From the NCBI RefSeq assembly GCF_021028975.2, contig NC_059427.1, forward strand, positions 73,656,001 through 73,720,000: a stretch of 64,000 bases of DNA. Reading direction: 5' to 3'. Below the pieces are notes generated by a model. The model saw nothing but the letters and a program-made list of their open reading frames with translations, was not told the origin of the DNA and did not search any database. Below are positions 61,905-64,000 of the stretch, piece by piece. The position numbers and the translations under genes were made by a program. Positions within the stretch are counted from its first letter, which is position 1. Each line of letters starts with the position of its first letter. Source of the stretch: Sphaerodactylus townsendi (lineage: Eukaryota).

Positions 61905-62690
61905 TTAATTTATACGCTACCTTTCTCCATAGTGGGGACCCAAATATCATTCTTTTTGCCTCCATTTTATTCCTGTACTTACCCTGTGAGGCAAGTTAGG
62001 ATGAGAATGTACAACTGACTATGGCTACCAATCTTGATCCTCCTTGATCTGAGATTGCAAATGCCTTAGCAGACCAGGTGCTCGGCAGCAGCAGCAGCAG
62101 CAGGCCATTGCTTTCACATTCTGCATGTGAGATCCCAAAGGCACCTGGTGGGCCACTGCGAGGAGCAGAGTGCTGGACTCTTGCAAGATGAATGGAGACG
62201 GAGGCAGAGATCCAGTTTGGTGATAGAGAGCTCCAGTGAAGCTCTGCCCCCTGGAGCTTCCGAACACCTGTTTATTTAAGGGATTTTCGGGAAAGCAAAA
62301 CAATGGGAGGGCAGGATCTTCAGGTAAAGATTGTTCCACCGTGGTCAGCAAAAACACATACCTGCAGGAGCCAGAAAGTCTTGGCGGTCAGCAGTTTTGG
62401 CCTGATTACATTTTTGCCAGGAGGAGAGGTTGAGCACATGAACGACCCTTGAGCTCTGTCGAGCTAAGAAAAGACTCCTGGCTATGAGTGTGCTCACTAG
62501 ATAGGGCTACTCTCAACGTTCATGTTTCCCTACATTGGACTAGATGGACTCTGGTCTGATCCAGCAGGCTCATTCTTATGTTCTTATGACCCAAGTCACC
62601 CAGTGAGCTTCCATGACAAAGTAGTTATTTGAACCTAGGTCTCCTGGGCAATAGTCTGAAATTCTAACCGTTACATCACAGTGGCTTTCG
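61905..62690 (-). mobile_element. Squam3-like SINE split by a CR1 3' end (62021-62588, +), itself split by an LTR-like insert (62182-62534)
   Basis: The SINE halves rejoin at ..actgact / acccaagtcacccag; the CR1 pieces match the reverse complement of 28391-28600; the inner insert is bounded by TG...CA. Confidence 0.7.
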
Positions 62691-64000
62691 TGAGAGACTG
62701 GTGTTGAACAATAGCAAGCAGCCAGTCCTGGGTGATTCATGCAAGTTATGTGGTATCTAGTCACCTGGTGGTTGCTGTTGGATGTAGCCCCAATTAATTG
62801 TCCCTCCGAGGCCAAAACAGCTGTTGAAACAACTCTGCCCCTCTCCCTGCTTTTACTGTTAGAAACTAAGGCTTGAAGCCTGATAATACTATGTGGTTGC
62901 CTAGCAATGGCCAGTTACAGTTTTCTTAAAGCTACAGATGCTGCCATTGTTCTGATTTGTCGAAAGACCTGCCTTATCTGTTCATTGCTCCAATCTCTGG
63001 ATTTAAGTATCTGTTGATTTAGCCATGTTCAGAATTAGATACAGTGAGGATAAAGAACAAAGAGGCCTAGTTGAAAGCCAAACCCTGAGTGCCATCCAGA
63101 GCAGATGGTAATGGCTTGAATTTTGGTCTATGTGTGTCCATTCTCTGGCCTCGGTTCTGGTGTCCACATATCTTTTCATATTTCTTCAATTAGCTTCCCT
63201 AGGTTTTGCCATGTGTTTTTTTTACCCAAAACAAAGTTAACATAAAAAATATGAAAAACAAAACAATTTGAATGTTGAAATCATGTTTGGGAGTATCTCT
63301 TAGCACTAGACCACAAGAGTCAGGTGAGAGGATGCTCACTGGTGTCTCTCTAAGGCCATTTCCCAGGGACAGAAGGAATCAGATTGTCAGTTGAACAAAT
63401 ATATGGTTTGTTTTTAGACATGATGGTGCTTTTCAGCTTGAGTAAGAACTTGAGCTTGATCCAGTTGTGACCCCAGCAAAGAGGGGTGTGGTTCAGTGTT
63501 CACACAGGTCCTGTTCAGAGCATGTGTTCACTTTAGACATTGATTACATTGTGTGAAGGGGAACAGAGCTTTCCCTTCCTCTCATTTGTTTCAGCAGGAG
63601 AAGCTGGCTATACATCGATCCAGCCTGTACTTACCCTGGTAGAACAAATAAATACCCTGGTAGAACACCTGATATATGTCAAAACATCTGAGGATGAGAA
63701 AGTGCTGTTCTTTATCTTTCAAAGTGAAAAATACAGATTGTTTGCCAGTATGTTTGGACTGAGAGTTATTATAGAATAGCCCATGAGAGGTTTTGCTGTC
63801 AACCAGCTACACAAATAAGTTCAGAAAAGATACTGGCCCCAGAGGTTTTTTTAAAAATTAGAATTTTAATGTTAGTTGCATGACCTTAAAAATCTGATTT
63901 TAAATAGCTTTATTTTTACTTTCTGGTCACCTGAGACACTTCTTATTTACCGCAGGTGACCAGTCTATTTACATGCCTGTTCCAGATCAAATGATTAAAA

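Overview
This is vertebrate genomic DNA, not prokaryotic. The repeat content (Sauria/5S-Sauria and Squam3-type SINEs; CR1, L2, BovB, R4 and Penelope elements; palindromic hAT MITEs) points to a squamate reptile, most likely a gecko. The window is mostly intergenic or intronic, repeat-rich, and has three N gaps. I cannot support any host protein-coding exon. All ORFs with recognisable homology are decayed retrotransposon ORFs: L1 ORF1/RT, two L2 copies, CR1, RTE-X-like and an R4/Dong REL endonuclease. The main host feature is a CpG island at ~58.2-59.6 kb that looks like the promoter and first exon of an unidentified gene, probably on the + strand; a few repeat-free segments may be enhancers. 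The most interesting mobile-element observations are: (i) Penelope-derived micro-insertions carrying minimal hammerhead-ribozyme motifs; (ii) a complete non-autonomous Helitron sharing a ~150-bp module with an unrelated hAT element 7.5 kb away; (iii) fold-back hAT MITEs with a common core but different termini; (iv) a ~340-bp palindrome; (v) an R4/Dong fragment fused to a (CAA)n microsatellite. I found no convincing new multi-gene system. Family names come from recalled consensus features and need RepeatMasker/Dfam confirmation.
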